From Alphaproteobacteria bacterium (GTDB lineage: Bacteria > Pseudomonadota > Alphaproteobacteria > UBA7985), in NCBI GenBank assembly GCA_965228345.1, contig CBDDHH010000004.1:458983-522982 (forward strand): DNA of 64,000 nt, read 5' to 3'. This document shows positions 10,327-19,965 of the stretch, in pieces. Below the pieces are notes generated by a model. The model saw only the letters and a program-made list of their open reading frames with translations. It had not been told where the DNA came from and did not search any database. Position numbers and translations under genes: made by a program. The first letter of the stretch is position 1. Each line of letters starts with the position of its first letter.

Positions 10327-12005
10327 GCGGCAAACCTGCGTGGATGGAGGCAGTCTTCGAAGTCATAAACTGGCACCCCGGCCGCCGCGCGCACTTCCAT
10401 CTGATCCAACAAAATCTCCCCCAACAAGGGCGCGGTCAGGAATCCGCGCGAGCCGAGGCCGGTCAACACCCAAGAAGCCTCTCGCGTCGGCCCGACCAAA
10501 GGGCGATGATCCTTGGCGAAAGCGCGGGCGGCGACGAAGGACTGCGACGACGCGGGGAGGTCAAAGCCCGCAGCCCGCGCCTTGGACCTGATCGCCTCCG
10601 TGGCGTCTTGGCGCGGTACCAAAGCCTCTGGCGCCGTCCAGTCAGTGTCGCGATCGTACGTGGACCCCGCTAAGACCCGCCCGTCAAAAACGGGGCTGAG
10701 GTAGCCACCGTAGGTCACGGGATACGGCACCTGCGGGCACGATCCCGCCGGGAAGAGGTCGACTTGACCCAAGTTGCGCCGAAGGATGGCAGCCAGAGAC
10801 GGCGCGTGCGCCAAGGTGCCGAACGCTCTCGCATGCACCACGGTAGCCCCTTGATCGGCTGGTCCCTGCCGAACGCCGGTCCTGAGCTGCTCCAGAACTT
10901 GGGCAGGGGCCACGTAACCCGCAAGCGGGCTGAACAAGCCCTTGTCGGTCCACGTCAGCGCCGTTTCGGTCCAGCCCATGGCCGCTAAACAAGCGCGAAG
11001 TTCGGTGACCTGTGCTGGCGTTGCGGCGGGTTTGAGGGTGCCCCGCCCGGGCAGCCAAAGATCAGCGTAAATCGGCTGGACGTGGGCCAAGCTGGCGGCA
11101 AGCCAACGATTGCTCGGCATCTGAGGAGCTTGGGTCGGCTTAAAATTGACCAGGGCGGCGGGATTACCGCTGGCGCGGTGGACATGGTGCGCGCTTGGTC
11201 CTGACCAGCTTACCGCCGCCCCCCGCGTGCGCGCGGCCCAAGCCAGCCCTGCCGCCGCGACGCCGTCGCCATCGATATGAACGGTGCGCGTTTGCAAGGG
11301 CGCGCGCGCGGTCGCGGTACCAGGTTTCCGGATTTTTAAGCAGTGGCGCTTGCGGCTAAAGCCCGCGATACGCTCGCACTCCAAGCCCGCATCGGCTAAG
11401 CGCTGCCGCACCGCCGCCGCCACGGTAAAGGTGCCGGCAACGGCCCCCGGGGCCATGAGGCGGGCGCATTGGTGCAGCATGTCTTGCGACCAGAGGGCCT
11501 GGTTGGCGATAGGATTGAAACCGTCGAAGTACCAAGCGTCGGCCACAAAGGTCTGCCGCCGCAACTCGGTCAGCGCGTCGCCGTGCAGAACCCATAGTTC
11601 AACCGCGCCGCCAGCAAAGAACCGTCGATGCGGCCCTGGAATGCCTGAAGGCCACGCAGCGAGTAGCGGGGCCGCTTGGTCGGCGATTTCCCCGAAGGGA
11701 GCGAGGGCGCGGCGCGCGTCGCTTACCCGCAGGGGATGGGCCTCGGTTGAGATGAAAAATAGCCGATCATCGGGGCGTCGGCGTGCCCACCAGTCTTTCC
11801 AGGTCAGCAAAAAATTCAAGCCCGTTCCAAAGCCCGTTTCACCAATTACCAACGTGCGGTGTTGCTCGAACAGGGGCGCAACGCGCGCAACGAAGTTGTG
11901 GCGCGCCTCGCCCATGGCATCTTCGGGCGAAAAATAGATGTCGCCGTAGGCGGCGGCGACAGGGCTCGCATCGCGCCAGTCGAGTTCGGGGTGCACCAGC
12001 CTCAT
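10323..12005 (-). CDS. mnmC: Bifunctional tRNA mnm5s2U34 biosynthesis protein MnmC (methyltransferase + FAD oxidoreductase)
   Basis: N-terminal GETGFGTGLNF, a WYFDGFNP motif, and a C-terminal LTGLGSRGFLTAPLLGEILLDQM DAO-like tail. The track ORF starts at 12101, but the likely start is ATG at 12005 (MRLVHPELDW...), which avoids overlap with the divergent gene at 12046. Confidence 0.75.
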   Translation of the reverse strand: MRLVHPELDWRDASPVAAAYGDIYFSPEDAMGEARHNFVARVAPLFEQHRTLVIGETGFGTGLNFLLTWKDWWARRRPDDRLFFISTEAHPLRVSDARRALAPFGEIADQAAPLLAAWPSGIPGPHRRFFAGGAVELWVLHGDALTELRRQTFVADAWYFDGFNPIANQALWSQDMLHQCARLMAPGAVAGTFTVAAAVRQRLADAGLECERIAGFSRKRHCLKIRKPGTATARAPLQTRTVHIDGDGVAAAGLAWAARTRGAAVSWSGPSAHHVHRASGNPAALVNFKPTQAPQMPSNRWLAASLAHVQPIYADLWLPGRGTLKPAATPAQVTELRACLAAMGWTETALTWTDKGLFSPLAGYVAPAQVLEQLRTGVRQGPADQGATVVHARAFGTLAHAPSLAAILRRNLGQVDLFPAGSCPQVPYPVTYGGYLSPVFDGRVLAGSTYDRDTDWTAPEALVPRQDATEAIRSKARAAGFDLPASSQSFVAARAFAKDHRPLVGPTREASWVLTGLGSRGFLTAPLLGEILLDQMEVRAAAGVPVYDFEDCLHPRRFAA

Positions 12006-12045
12006 TTCTTGCTCCCTACCCCAGCTCGCCCTAAGGCCCAAAGCC

Positions 12046-12639
12046 ATGAGTACAAAAAAAGACACGGCGGCGGATTTTTCCCCGGAGTTGGGCAAAACCA
12101 TCCTGCGCCTGCGTCAGTCCTACGACTTGACCTTAGGCCAACTCGCAGAGAAATCGGGGGTCGCCAAGTCGATTATTTCGCAAATCGAACGCAACGAGAC
12201 CAACCCCACGCTCGGCACCATTTGGCGCCTGTCGCAGGCCCTGGATAGGTCCATCGAGGAAGTCCTGCGGTCGAAGCAGCGTCCAGCCTTGATCGAAAAG
12301 GCTTCGGGCGCGCAAATCCCGATCCTCACATCCGAAGACGGCAAGTTCCGCCTGCGCATTACCGGCTGGTCCAACGTCGTGGACTGGGTGCAGGTCTACG
12401 ATCTCGAGGGCCAACCTGGGGGCGTTCTAGAATCAGAACCCCATGCGCCAGGGTCGGTCGAGAATCTGACCCTCTATACGGGCCAGGTGCGTGTGACCAG
12501 CGGCGAGGACACCTTTGAGGGGCAGGCGGGCCATATCTTGCGCTACCGCTGCGACCTGCCGCACAAAATCGAAAGCCTCGGTACCACCCCAGCCCATGCC
12601 AATATGGTGTTGCTCATGAAAGGCGCAGTTTTGAAGTGA
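12046..12639 (+). CDS. XRE-family HTH transcriptional regulator with C-terminal cupin domain
   Basis: 197 aa. HTH is LTLGQLAEKSGVAKSIISQIERNETNPTLGTIWRLSQAL, followed by a cupin-like C-terminal half. Confidence 0.75.
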   Translation: MSTKKDTAADFSPELGKTILRLRQSYDLTLGQLAEKSGVAKSIISQIERNETNPTLGTIWRLSQALDRSIEEVLRSKQRPALIEKASGAQIPILTSEDGKFRLRITGWSNVVDWVQVYDLEGQPGGVLESEPHAPGSVENLTLYTGQVRVTSGEDTFEGQAGHILRYRCDLPHKIESLGTTPAHANMVLLMKGAVLK

Positions 12640-12658
12640 CCCCGACCAAGCGGGAGCT

Positions 12659-13975
12659 TATACCAACGGTCATAAAAAGTGACCTTTTTATGACCGTTTC
12701 GTGTCTTGTCTAATGGAATATGAGCGTTTTCTTGCCGCGATGCTAGATCATTTGGGGTAAGCTTGACGCGCCGATTTTGGGGGTGGCCACCCCCAAATCG
12801 GCGGCGGGGCGGGATCGTTCGTGTCTAGGTGCTGCGTTGCAGGCACCGTTCGTGAGTTTGATCACCCCGTCTTTCCTACAAGTGGCCCGAATGGATACTA
12901 GGGAGCCAGCTGTGCGTCCCCTATGACAAGAAAGGGAACGCAAAGATGTCACAAGTTACCATCGGAATTGATGTTTCAAAAGCCCAATTCGATATTTTTG
13001 TGTCAAATGGCCAAAACCATAGCTGCAAGCCCAAATCGCTTACGCAAAGGTCAACCCTTGGCAAGCGCGATGCTTTGCCAACAGCATCGGCCAACTCGCA
13101 AAAACCGATAAGGTCGATGCGAAAATCCTGGCACTCATGGGCCAAACCCTCCCCCTTGAGCCCACCAAGATACGCGATGAAGTCATTGAAACTCTTGGAG
13201 AATACCAAAGTCTTCATCAAGGGCTTGTGCAAACGCAAACGCAGTGGAGCAACACGAAGAAAGTCGTTACCCATAAGACCGCTGTGAGGCTTGCAACGAG
13301 AATGCTCAAGACCCTCGAAAAGGAGATCGAACAGCTAACCCTCAAGACCAAGAAGCTCATCGAAGCCCATCCTGATCTCTTGGAGCGCTTTAACATCTTG
13401 ATCACAATCCCAGGGATTGCGGCACGAACAGCCATATCCCTTCTGACCAACATGCCAGAGCTTGGCACGCTCAGTCAGAAAAAGATCGGCGCTCTAGCTG
13501 GCTTGGCTCCTATGCAATCCCAATCAGGAACGATTAAGGGTGTCGCCCGTATCAAGGGGGGAAGAGCCCCTGTACGCAATGCCCTCTACATGCCTTCCTT
13601 GGTTGCCATGCGATACAATGAAGACCTAAAGGGTTTCTTAGAGCCGCCTTGTCGAAGCCGGAAAGCCGAAAAAAGTCGCCCTCATCGCCGTGATGCCTAA
13701 GCTGATCACGCTGGCAAATGCCCTCTTGCGGGAAAACAGAAAATGGTCACAAATTGCCCCTTGATTTATCATGGATACTCACGGCAGAAACGCTTCGCGT
13801 TTCGGCTTTTTGGGGTTGCGGTCTCTACTCGCTCGCTACGCTCGCTCAGCCCGACCGCGCCTTCGCTTATACCCCGAGGCGCGTGTCCGCCGATCTCGGG
13901 GTCGCTGCGGGGGCCGCAGTCGCGGCCCTTATACCAGCGATCATAAGAGTCATTCATAATTGCCGCTGGTGCTAT
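12659..13975 (+). mobile_element. IS110-family element copy 1 (internally deleted) embedded in a target repeat
   Basis: Left palindrome ataccaacggtcataaaaagtgacctttttatgacc. CT core at 12705-12706. About 240 nt of 5' non-coding region, then the transposase. Right CT at 13778-13779, then the REP-like tail ending ccgctggtg. Confidence 0.8.
12946..13700 (+). pseudogene. IS110-family transposase (DEDD), disrupted by a 121-bp internal deletion
   Basis: The N-terminal 30 aa (MSQVTIGIDVSKAQFDIFVSNGQNHSCKPK) join out of frame to the C-terminal 187-aa segment. Compared with the intact copies, the deletion lies between two 9-bp direct repeats caagcccaa. Confidence 0.8.
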
Positions 13976-14397
13976 TTATACCCGTTCCAACGAAACTCTC
14001 CCTTGGGGCCGAGCTTGGCGAAGGGGTTGTGCGCAATTTCCCAGACATGTCCGTCGGGATCGGCGAAGTAGGCTATATGACCGCCCCAGAAGACGTCATG
14101 GGGTTCCTTCAAAACGGTCGCCCCTGCTGCGCGCCCGAGCTCAATCAGGCGCGAAACATCGTCTTTTTGAGCGACGTTGTGACTATAGGTCTGGCCCGTG
14201 AACCCTTTGACTAGGGGCAAACCGACATCGCGAGCCAAATCTTCCTTAGGATAGAGTCCAAGAACCGAACCTTGCAAATCAAAGGCGACAATTCCTGCTT
14301 CGGTGGCCGCGTTGGTCCAACCCAAGGCTTCGTAAAAAGCCTTAGATCGCACAAGGTCCTGAACACCGAGGGTTATGAGGGAAATGCGCTGGTCCAT
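13972..14397 (-). CDS. VOC (glyoxalase/bleomycin-resistance) family protein
   Basis: The likely start is MDQRISLITLGVQDLVRSKAFYEALGW. The stop codon directly abuts the end of the IS110/repeat tail. Confidence 0.7.
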   Translation of the reverse strand: MDQRISLITLGVQDLVRSKAFYEALGWTNAATEAGIVAFDLQGSVLGLYPKEDLARDVGLPLVKGFTGQTYSHNVAQKDDVSRLIELGRAAGATVLKEPHDVFWGGHIAYFADPDGHVWEIAHNPFAKLGPKGEFRWNGYK

Positions 14398-14499
14398 CAA
14401 ACAACCCCCATCCCGGAGTACAGGCCTTCGTGCGGATCTGGTTGTGCAGAAAAGGAAACGACAAAAAAGGGCGTCAAGGCCCACCAAAAGACCATGTTT

Positions 14500-16512
14500 C
14501 TAATCTCCGTGATACCAGTCGTAGATGGCTTGGGCCGTCGTCTTGTTGAGACCCGGGGCCTTCATGAGGTCTGCGATGGGCGCACGCGCGATGGAGCGCG
14601 CTGAACCAAAGTGCAGGAGCAAGGCCTTTTTGCGCTTGGCGCCGATCCCGGGGATTTGATCCAGCTCGGACCGGGTCATGTCCTTGGTGCGACGCGCCCG
14701 ATGGGTGCCAATGGCAAAGCGGTGCACTTCGTCACGCAGGCGCTGGATGAAGTAGAGTACCGCGTCGCGCGGCGGCAGAGTGGTTTCGCGATGGGGCAGG
14801 GACCCGCCCCAGTAGAAGGTTTCGCGGCCCGCATTGCGATCGGGCCCTTTAGCGACCGCAACAAGCGGGAGATTATCGATACCCAGGTCGGTCAGCACCG
14901 CTTCGACCGCGCTCAACTGGCCTTTGCCGCCGTCGATCAACACCAAGTCGGGCCATTGGCCCCGCTTGCGCTCGGGATCTTCTTGCAGGGCACGGGAAAA
15001 CCGCCGGGTGAAAACTTCACGCATCATACCAAAGTCATCGCCAAAAACCGCCGCGTCGCGAATGGAAAACTTACGGTAGGCGGCCTTCAGAAACCCCTCT
15101 GGGCCCGCCACAACCATGGCCCCAATGCTGCCCGCGCCTTGGTTATGGGAGTTGTCGTAGGCCTCAATGCGCTGGGGTATGGTCTTGAGGTCGAAGGTGC
15201 TGGCCACCCCTGCCAGAAACTTGGCCTGGGCGCTAGACTCGGCTTGGCGACGCTCAAGCGCGTCGTTAGCATTGACCAGGGCGGCGGCGACCAGGTCGCG
15301 TTTCTTGCCGCGCTGCGGCGTGCTGAGATCAACTTTTCGATCAGCCTTTTGGCTCAGAGCTTCGGCAATCAAGGGCTGATCGGTAACCGCGCACGACAGC
15401 AACACGAGTGGTGGCACAGGCTTGTCATCGTAGAACTGCCCGATAAAGCTGGCGAGGATCGCCTCACTGGTCTCTTGCTTGTCGTGCTTGGGAAAGTAGG
15501 CCTTGTTGCCATAGTTGCGACCTGCCCGATAAAAGAACACTTGGACGCAGGCGGGCCCTTCCCGGTCCGAAATGGCGATGATGTCGGCGTCCCGCAACAC
15601 GCCCTGCACGTTAACGTCCTGGTCCATTTGGATGGCGGAGAGGGCGCGCAGGCGATCGCGCAGGCGCGCCGCGTGCTCAAAGTCTAGATCCTTTGCCGCC
15701 TCGGCCATTTGCGCCGACAACTTATCGGCCACCTTGCGACTGTTTCCGCTCAGGAAGCTTTGGGCGTCCTCGACCAACCTTTGATAGTTGGCAGGCTCGA
15801 TCTTGTTCACGCACGGCGCCGCGCAACGCTTAATCTGGTGCTTGAGGCAGGGCCGCTTTCGGGTCGCGAAGGTATGGTCGCTGCAGGTACGTAAGAGGAA
15901 GGCCTTTTCCATGGCGTCCAAAGTTCGGTTGACCAAGCCTGCGCTGGCGAAGGGGCCGAAATAGGTGCCCTTTTGACGATGCGCGCCACGATGTTTCTTC
16001 AGGTGGGCGAAGGCATGATCACCCGTCAGCACGATGTAGGGAAAGGACTTATCATCACGCAACAACACATTGTACGGGGGCGCAAATCGCTTGATCATAT
16101 TGGACTCGAGCAACAGCGCCTCAACGTCGGTCTGGGTCGTGATGACTTCCAGTTCATGGGTTTCGGCAACCATGCGGATCAGGCGCGTCGGCAAGCGCGA
16201 AATTTGTGTATAGGAAGTCACGCGACGCATGAGATTCTTGGCCTTGCCGACGTAAAGCGGCTCGCCGCGCGCATCTAACATGCGATAGACGCCCGGCCCC
16301 GATTTGAGGGTCTGGGCCCGATCCTTGAGGACAGCAAGCCCGCGTGCCATTGATTCCGGCAGATCGGCGTCGGGCGGACGGTTGCGCCCCTCCCATTGAA
16401 ACCCCGCCTGCGGTTCCTCCTCAAACCCCGCCACCGTCGCCCGATAGTCGGTCAACGCCGCCCGCTTGCCACCCAAGGAAGCGTCGGTTTCTCGGAAGCC
16501 TTTGCGTGCCAC
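14500..16512 (-). CDS. uvrC: Excinuclease ABC subunit C (UvrC)
   Basis: GIY-YIG region GVYRMLDARGEPLYVGKAKNLMRR, a UvrBC-interaction region, and a C-terminal RNaseH-like/HhH region. The N-terminal start is uncertain; the alternative Met is at 16350. Confidence 0.9.
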   Translation of the reverse strand: MARKGFRETDASLGGKRAALTDYRATVAGFEEEPQAGFQWEGRNRPPDADLPESMARGLAVLKDRAQTLKSGPGVYRMLDARGEPLYVGKAKNLMRRVTSYTQISRLPTRLIRMVAETHELEVITTQTDVEALLLESNMIKRFAPPYNVLLRDDKSFPYIVLTGDHAFAHLKKHRGAHRQKGTYFGPFASAGLVNRTLDAMEKAFLLRTCSDHTFATRKRPCLKHQIKRCAAPCVNKIEPANYQRLVEDAQSFLSGNSRKVADKLSAQMAEAAKDLDFEHAARLRDRLRALSAIQMDQDVNVQGVLRDADIIAISDREGPACVQVFFYRAGRNYGNKAYFPKHDKQETSEAILASFIGQFYDDKPVPPLVLLSCAVTDQPLIAEALSQKADRKVDLSTPQRGKKRDLVAAALVNANDALERRQAESSAQAKFLAGVASTFDLKTIPQRIEAYDNSHNQGAGSIGAMVVAGPEGFLKAAYRKFSIRDAAVFGDDFGMMREVFTRRFSRALQEDPERKRGQWPDLVLIDGGKGQLSAVEAVLTDLGIDNLPLVAVAKGPDRNAGRETFYWGGSLPHRETTLPPRDAVLYFIQRLRDEVHRFAIGTHRARRTKDMTRSELDQIPGIGAKRKKALLLHFGSARSIARAPIADLMKAPGLNKTTAQAIYDWYHGD

Positions 16513-16586
16513 GGTGTTTCTTTAGCCCCGACGCTCAGAAAAACCTAGCACCCGTGCGCAAAGAGTGGGCTCTACTGACGGCGGTT

Positions 16587-18072
16587 ATACCAGCGGCAAT
16601 TATGAATGACTCTTATGATCGCTGGTATAAGGGCCGCGACTGCGGCCCCCGAAGCGGGCTCCAAGCCCGAAGGGCGCAGGGAACGCCCGCGCCAAAAACA
16701 AGCGGCCCCGAGATCGGCGGACACGCGCCTCGGGGTATAAGCGAAGGCCCTGTCGCGCGGTCGGGCTGAGCGAGCGGCGTGAGCGAGGTGAGACCGCATC
16801 AAACAGGCGAAACGCATCGCGTTTCTGCCGTGAGTATCCATGATAAATCAAGGGGCAATTTGTGACCATTTTCTGTTTTCCCGCAAGAGGGCATTTGCCA
16901 GCGTGATCAGCTTAGGCATCACGGCGATGAGGGCGACTTTTTTCGGCTTTCCGGCTTCGACAAGGCGGCTCTAAGAAACCCTTTAGGTCTTCATTGTATC
17001 GCATGGCGACCAAGGAAGGCATGTAGAGGGCATTGCGTACAGGGGCTCTTCCCCCCTTGATACGGGCGACACCCTTAAGCGTTCCTGATTGGGATTGCAT
17101 AGGAGCCAAGCCAGCTAGAGCGCCAATCTTTTTCTGGCTGAGCGTGCCAAGCTCTGGCATGTTGGTCAGAAGGGATATGGCTGTTCGTGCCGCAATCCCT
17201 GGGATTGTGATCAAGATGTTAAAGCGCTCCAAGAGATCAGGATGGGCTTCGATGAGCTTCTTGGTCTTGAGGGTTAGCTGTTCGATCTCCTTTTCGAGGG
17301 TCTTGAGCATTCTCGTTGCAAGCCTCACAGCGGCCTTATGGGTAACGACTTTCTTCCTGTTGCTCCACTGCGTTTGCGTTTGCACAAGCCCTTGATGAAG
17401 ACTTTGGTATTCCCCAAGAGTTTCAATGACTTCATCGCGTATCTTGGTGGGCTCAAGGGGGAGGGTTTGGCCCATGAGTGCCAGGATTTTCGCATCGACC
17501 TTATCGGTTTTTGCGAGTTGGCCGATGCTGTTGGCAAAGCATCGCGCTTGCCAAGGGTTGACCTTTGCGTAAGCGATTTGGGCTTGAGCAAGGCCCCGTT
17601 CCAAGGCTCTGTGATAGAAGCCAGTTGCCTCAAAAACGACCAGGCAATCAGGAAGCTTGCTCAAGGTCTTGATGAGAGCCTTAATCCCGCAAGGGGTATT
17701 GGGCTTGCAGCTATGGTTTTGGCCATTTGACACAAAAATATCGAATTGGGCTTTTGAAACATCAATTCCGATGGTAACTTGTGACATCTTTCCGTTCCCT
17801 TTCTTGTCATACGGGACGCACAGCTGGCTCCCTAGTATCCATTCGGGCCACTTGTAGGAAAGACGGGGTGATCAAACTCACGAACGGTGCCTGCAACGCA
17901 GCACCTAGACACGAACGATCCAGCCCCGCCGCCGATTTGGGGGTGGCCACCCCCAAATCGGCGCGTCAAGCTTACCCCAAATGATCTAGCATCGCGGCAA
18001 GAAAACGCTCATATTCCATTAGACAAGACACGAAACGGTCATAAAAAGGTCACTTTTTATGACCGTTGGTAT
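16587..18072 (-). mobile_element. IS110-family element copy 2 (full length) embedded in a target repeat
   Basis: Same architecture as copy 1 in reverse orientation. The palindromic left end sits at 18035-18072 and the REP-like tail at 16587-16870. Confidence 0.8.
16912..17787 (-). CDS. IS110-family transposase (DEDD N-terminal domain + Transposase_20 C-terminal domain), 291 aa
   Basis: MSQVTIGIDVSK...VFEATGFYH...KTDKVDA, then the helix-hairpin-helix Tnp domain ITIPGIAARTAISLL. The conserved extreme C-terminus is out of frame (see findings). Confidence 0.85.
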   Translation of the reverse strand: MSQVTIGIDVSKAQFDIFVSNGQNHSCKPNTPCGIKALIKTLSKLPDCLVVFEATGFYHRALERGLAQAQIAYAKVNPWQARCFANSIGQLAKTDKVDAKILALMGQTLPLEPTKIRDEVIETLGEYQSLHQGLVQTQTQWSNRKKVVTHKAAVRLATRMLKTLEKEIEQLTLKTKKLIEAHPDLLERFNILITIPGIAARTAISLLTNMPELGTLSQKKIGALAGLAPMQSQSGTLKGVARIKGGRAPVRNALYMPSLVAMRYNEDLKGFLEPPCRSRKAEKSRPHRRDA

Positions 18073-18974
18073 GAGGTCGTGTTCTCCGAGACTTGCTTCA
18101 AAGATTCCATCAAGCCCGCGCTTGTGATTAGGACCAAGCCCGCAATTTGTTGGACGCCAAAGGGCTCATCGGTGAGCCAACTGGCCGTAAGGGTGCCCGC
18201 GCTAATTTCGGTCATGAACAAGATGCCGACTAACCCTGGACTCAAGAGCTTTGCCCCCCAAATGGCACCAAACGATGGTGGGATGATGAGGATCAGGGCG
18301 ACCGGAACCATCCACGGAAGGACCTGCCAAAGGACACTGAGTTTGGGGACGGTGCTCGCACCCTCGGTCGCGAGCGGTGCGGCCAGCAAAGCCAGCGCCG
18401 CGAGACTGCCCCAAAAAAAGTACGACAGCCCATAGTCCAGGCCGGCCACCCCGTCATTGCGGCGCAGAAAAACCGCGGCCACCGCCCAGACCAACCCGGC
18501 CACAAGGCCCATTAAGTCCCCCGCATTGATCGACAGTTGTAGGCCTTGATGTAAGTCGAGCAGGATAAAGAGGCCCAAGGCACCCAAGGCCATCGTGCCC
18601 CAGCGCAGTCGGGTGATAGCTTCGTCCAGCACGAGTCGCGCGAGCAGTGTGCTCCAAATCGGGGTCAGATAGTAGAACAGGAGGGCACGGACCACGTCGG
18701 TATAGACCAGCGCACCTGCGTAACAGACCATTGCCGTGCCGGCCAACATACCGCCCGCATGCAGCGGCCATCCTGCGGCCCAAATCGACCGCAATCGTGC
18801 ACCCATCAGGGGCAGCAGTAGGACCGTCGGCAAAAGGTGAAACAAGGCGATCGCCCACACGCCCGAAATGCCTGCTTGGTCGAGGGCGCGCAGCGGGATC
18901 CAGAACAGGCCCCAAAGGAAGCCCGAAACCGCCACAGTTGTTATGGCAAGTGTCCGAAGGTGCGCGTTGGGCAT
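18057..18974 (-). CDS. DMT-superfamily (EamA-like) transporter
   Basis: 305 aa with about 10 predicted TM segments. The last 6 codons and the stop come from the IS110/repeat palindrome at 18057-18072. Confidence 0.75.
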   Translation of the reverse strand: MPNAHLRTLAITTVAVSGFLWGLFWIPLRALDQAGISGVWAIALFHLLPTVLLLPLMGARLRSIWAAGWPLHAGGMLAGTAMVCYAGALVYTDVVRALLFYYLTPIWSTLLARLVLDEAITRLRWGTMALGALGLFILLDLHQGLQLSINAGDLMGLVAGLVWAVAAVFLRRNDGVAGLDYGLSYFFWGSLAALALLAAPLATEGASTVPKLSVLWQVLPWMVPVALILIIPPSFGAIWGAKLLSPGLVGILFMTEISAGTLTASWLTDEPFGVQQIAGLVLITSAGLMESLKQVSENTTSYQRS

Positions 18975-19004
18975 GCAGCTCGTCCCTGATCCGCCAATCC
19001 CCTA

Positions 19005-19307
19005 AAACCAACGGTCATAAAAAGTAACCTTTTTATGACCGTTTCGCCTCTGACGGGGCATCTGCTTATACCCCAAGGCGCTTTCTTAGCCGATTTCGGG
19101 GCCGCTTGTTGCGCGGACGTTCCCTGCGGCGGGCTTGGAGCCCGACCCTTTCGTGCGCGGGCGTTCCCTGCGCCCTGCGGGCTTGGAGCCCGACCCTTTC
19201 GTGCGCGGGCGTTCCCTGCGCCCTGCGGGCTTGGAGCCCGCTCGGGGACCGCAGTCGCGGCCCTTATACCAGCGATCAAAAGAGTCATTTTCAATCGCCG
19301 CTGGTAT
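19005..19307 (+). repeat. MITE/REP-like repeat, empty copy with two 48-bp tandem units
   Basis: Palindrome accaacggtcataaaaagtaacctttttatgacc. Two copies of gcgggcttggagcccgaccctttcgtgcgcgggcgttccctgcgccct. A ggaccgcagtcgcggcc hairpin and terminal ccagcgatcaaaagagtcattttcaatcgccgctggtat. Confidence 0.7.
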
Positions 19308-19965
19308 AAGTCATTGATCTAGGACCCAGGTTGACGCAGTTGATTTGCCATGTCTCCTCCCCCTCGCGCAAACGCCAGTGCGTCAAATGGGTCAAAGCGC
19401 ACGGGTCGATAGAAAATCGCAAGGCCGTCGCGCCGTCGAGGCCGAGCGCATGGGCCAAAGCCGCACGGATCGTGCCACCGTGGGCAACCAGGACCAGGGT
19501 TTTCCCTGCATGGAGCCTCGTAAAAGCGCCAAGACCCTTGGCAACCCGGCCCATCAGATCCTCAAAGGACTCCCCCCCTGGCGGGCGCGCATGAGCAGGC
19601 GCTAACCAGAAGGGTTGCGAGATCCCGGCCTGAAACAGGGCCTCCCAGCTCTGCCCTTCCCAGTCGCCGAAGGACTGTTCGTCGAAGTCGCGAACAGGCG
19701 CGTAGGCCGGCGTAGCAAAGCCGCCAATGCGTGCAAAACCGTGCAAAGTCTTCATCGTTCGCCCAAGGCTGGACGTTAGATAAACGGCTTCACGCGGCAA
19801 GACCCGGGCAAGCGGTTCGTAGAGACTGCGATCCTCGGTGGCGATGTCGGGGTCGGTTGTTCCGTAAATCACGTTCGCGGGGTTGATGACCGGACCATGG
19901 CGCACCAACCACCACACGGTTTTGACGGGGGTGTCCTGCGGCGCTTGCACGCCCGCCTCAGCCAT
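19291..19965 (-). CDS. Histidine-phosphatase family protein, probable alpha-ribazole phosphatase (CobC-like)
   Basis: RHG motif WLVRHGP and a PGM-like fold. It lies next to cobS/cobT. The last 7 codons (TYTSGD*) are encoded by the terminal hairpin of the repeat. The start is set at Met19 of the track ORF. Confidence 0.65.
   Translation of the reverse strand: MAEAGVQAPQDTPVKTVWWLVRHGPVINPANVIYGTTDPDIATEDRSLYEPLARVLPREAVYLTSSLGRTMKTLHGFARIGGFATPAYAPVRDFDEQSFGDWEGQSWEALFQAGISQPFWLAPAHARPPGGESFEDLMGRVAKGLGAFTRLHAGKTLVLVAHGGTIRAALAHALGLDGATALRFSIDPCALTHLTHWRLREGEETWQINCVNLGPRSMTYTSGD

Noticed and set aside
17338-17730. 130-aa ORF MGNDFLRVAP.. antisense inside the IS110 transposase (present in all copies)
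   Set aside because: It is a shadow ORF of the transposase gene. The sense strand has clear IS110 family motifs.
19035-19322. ORFs with repeated RGRSLRPAGLEPDPFV-like peptides (also 60124-60482), and the possibility of a CRISPR array
   Set aside because: The 48-bp tandem units are in frame (16 codons), which creates pseudo-ORFs. Units are contiguous with no unique spacers. No cas genes are present, so this is not CRISPR.
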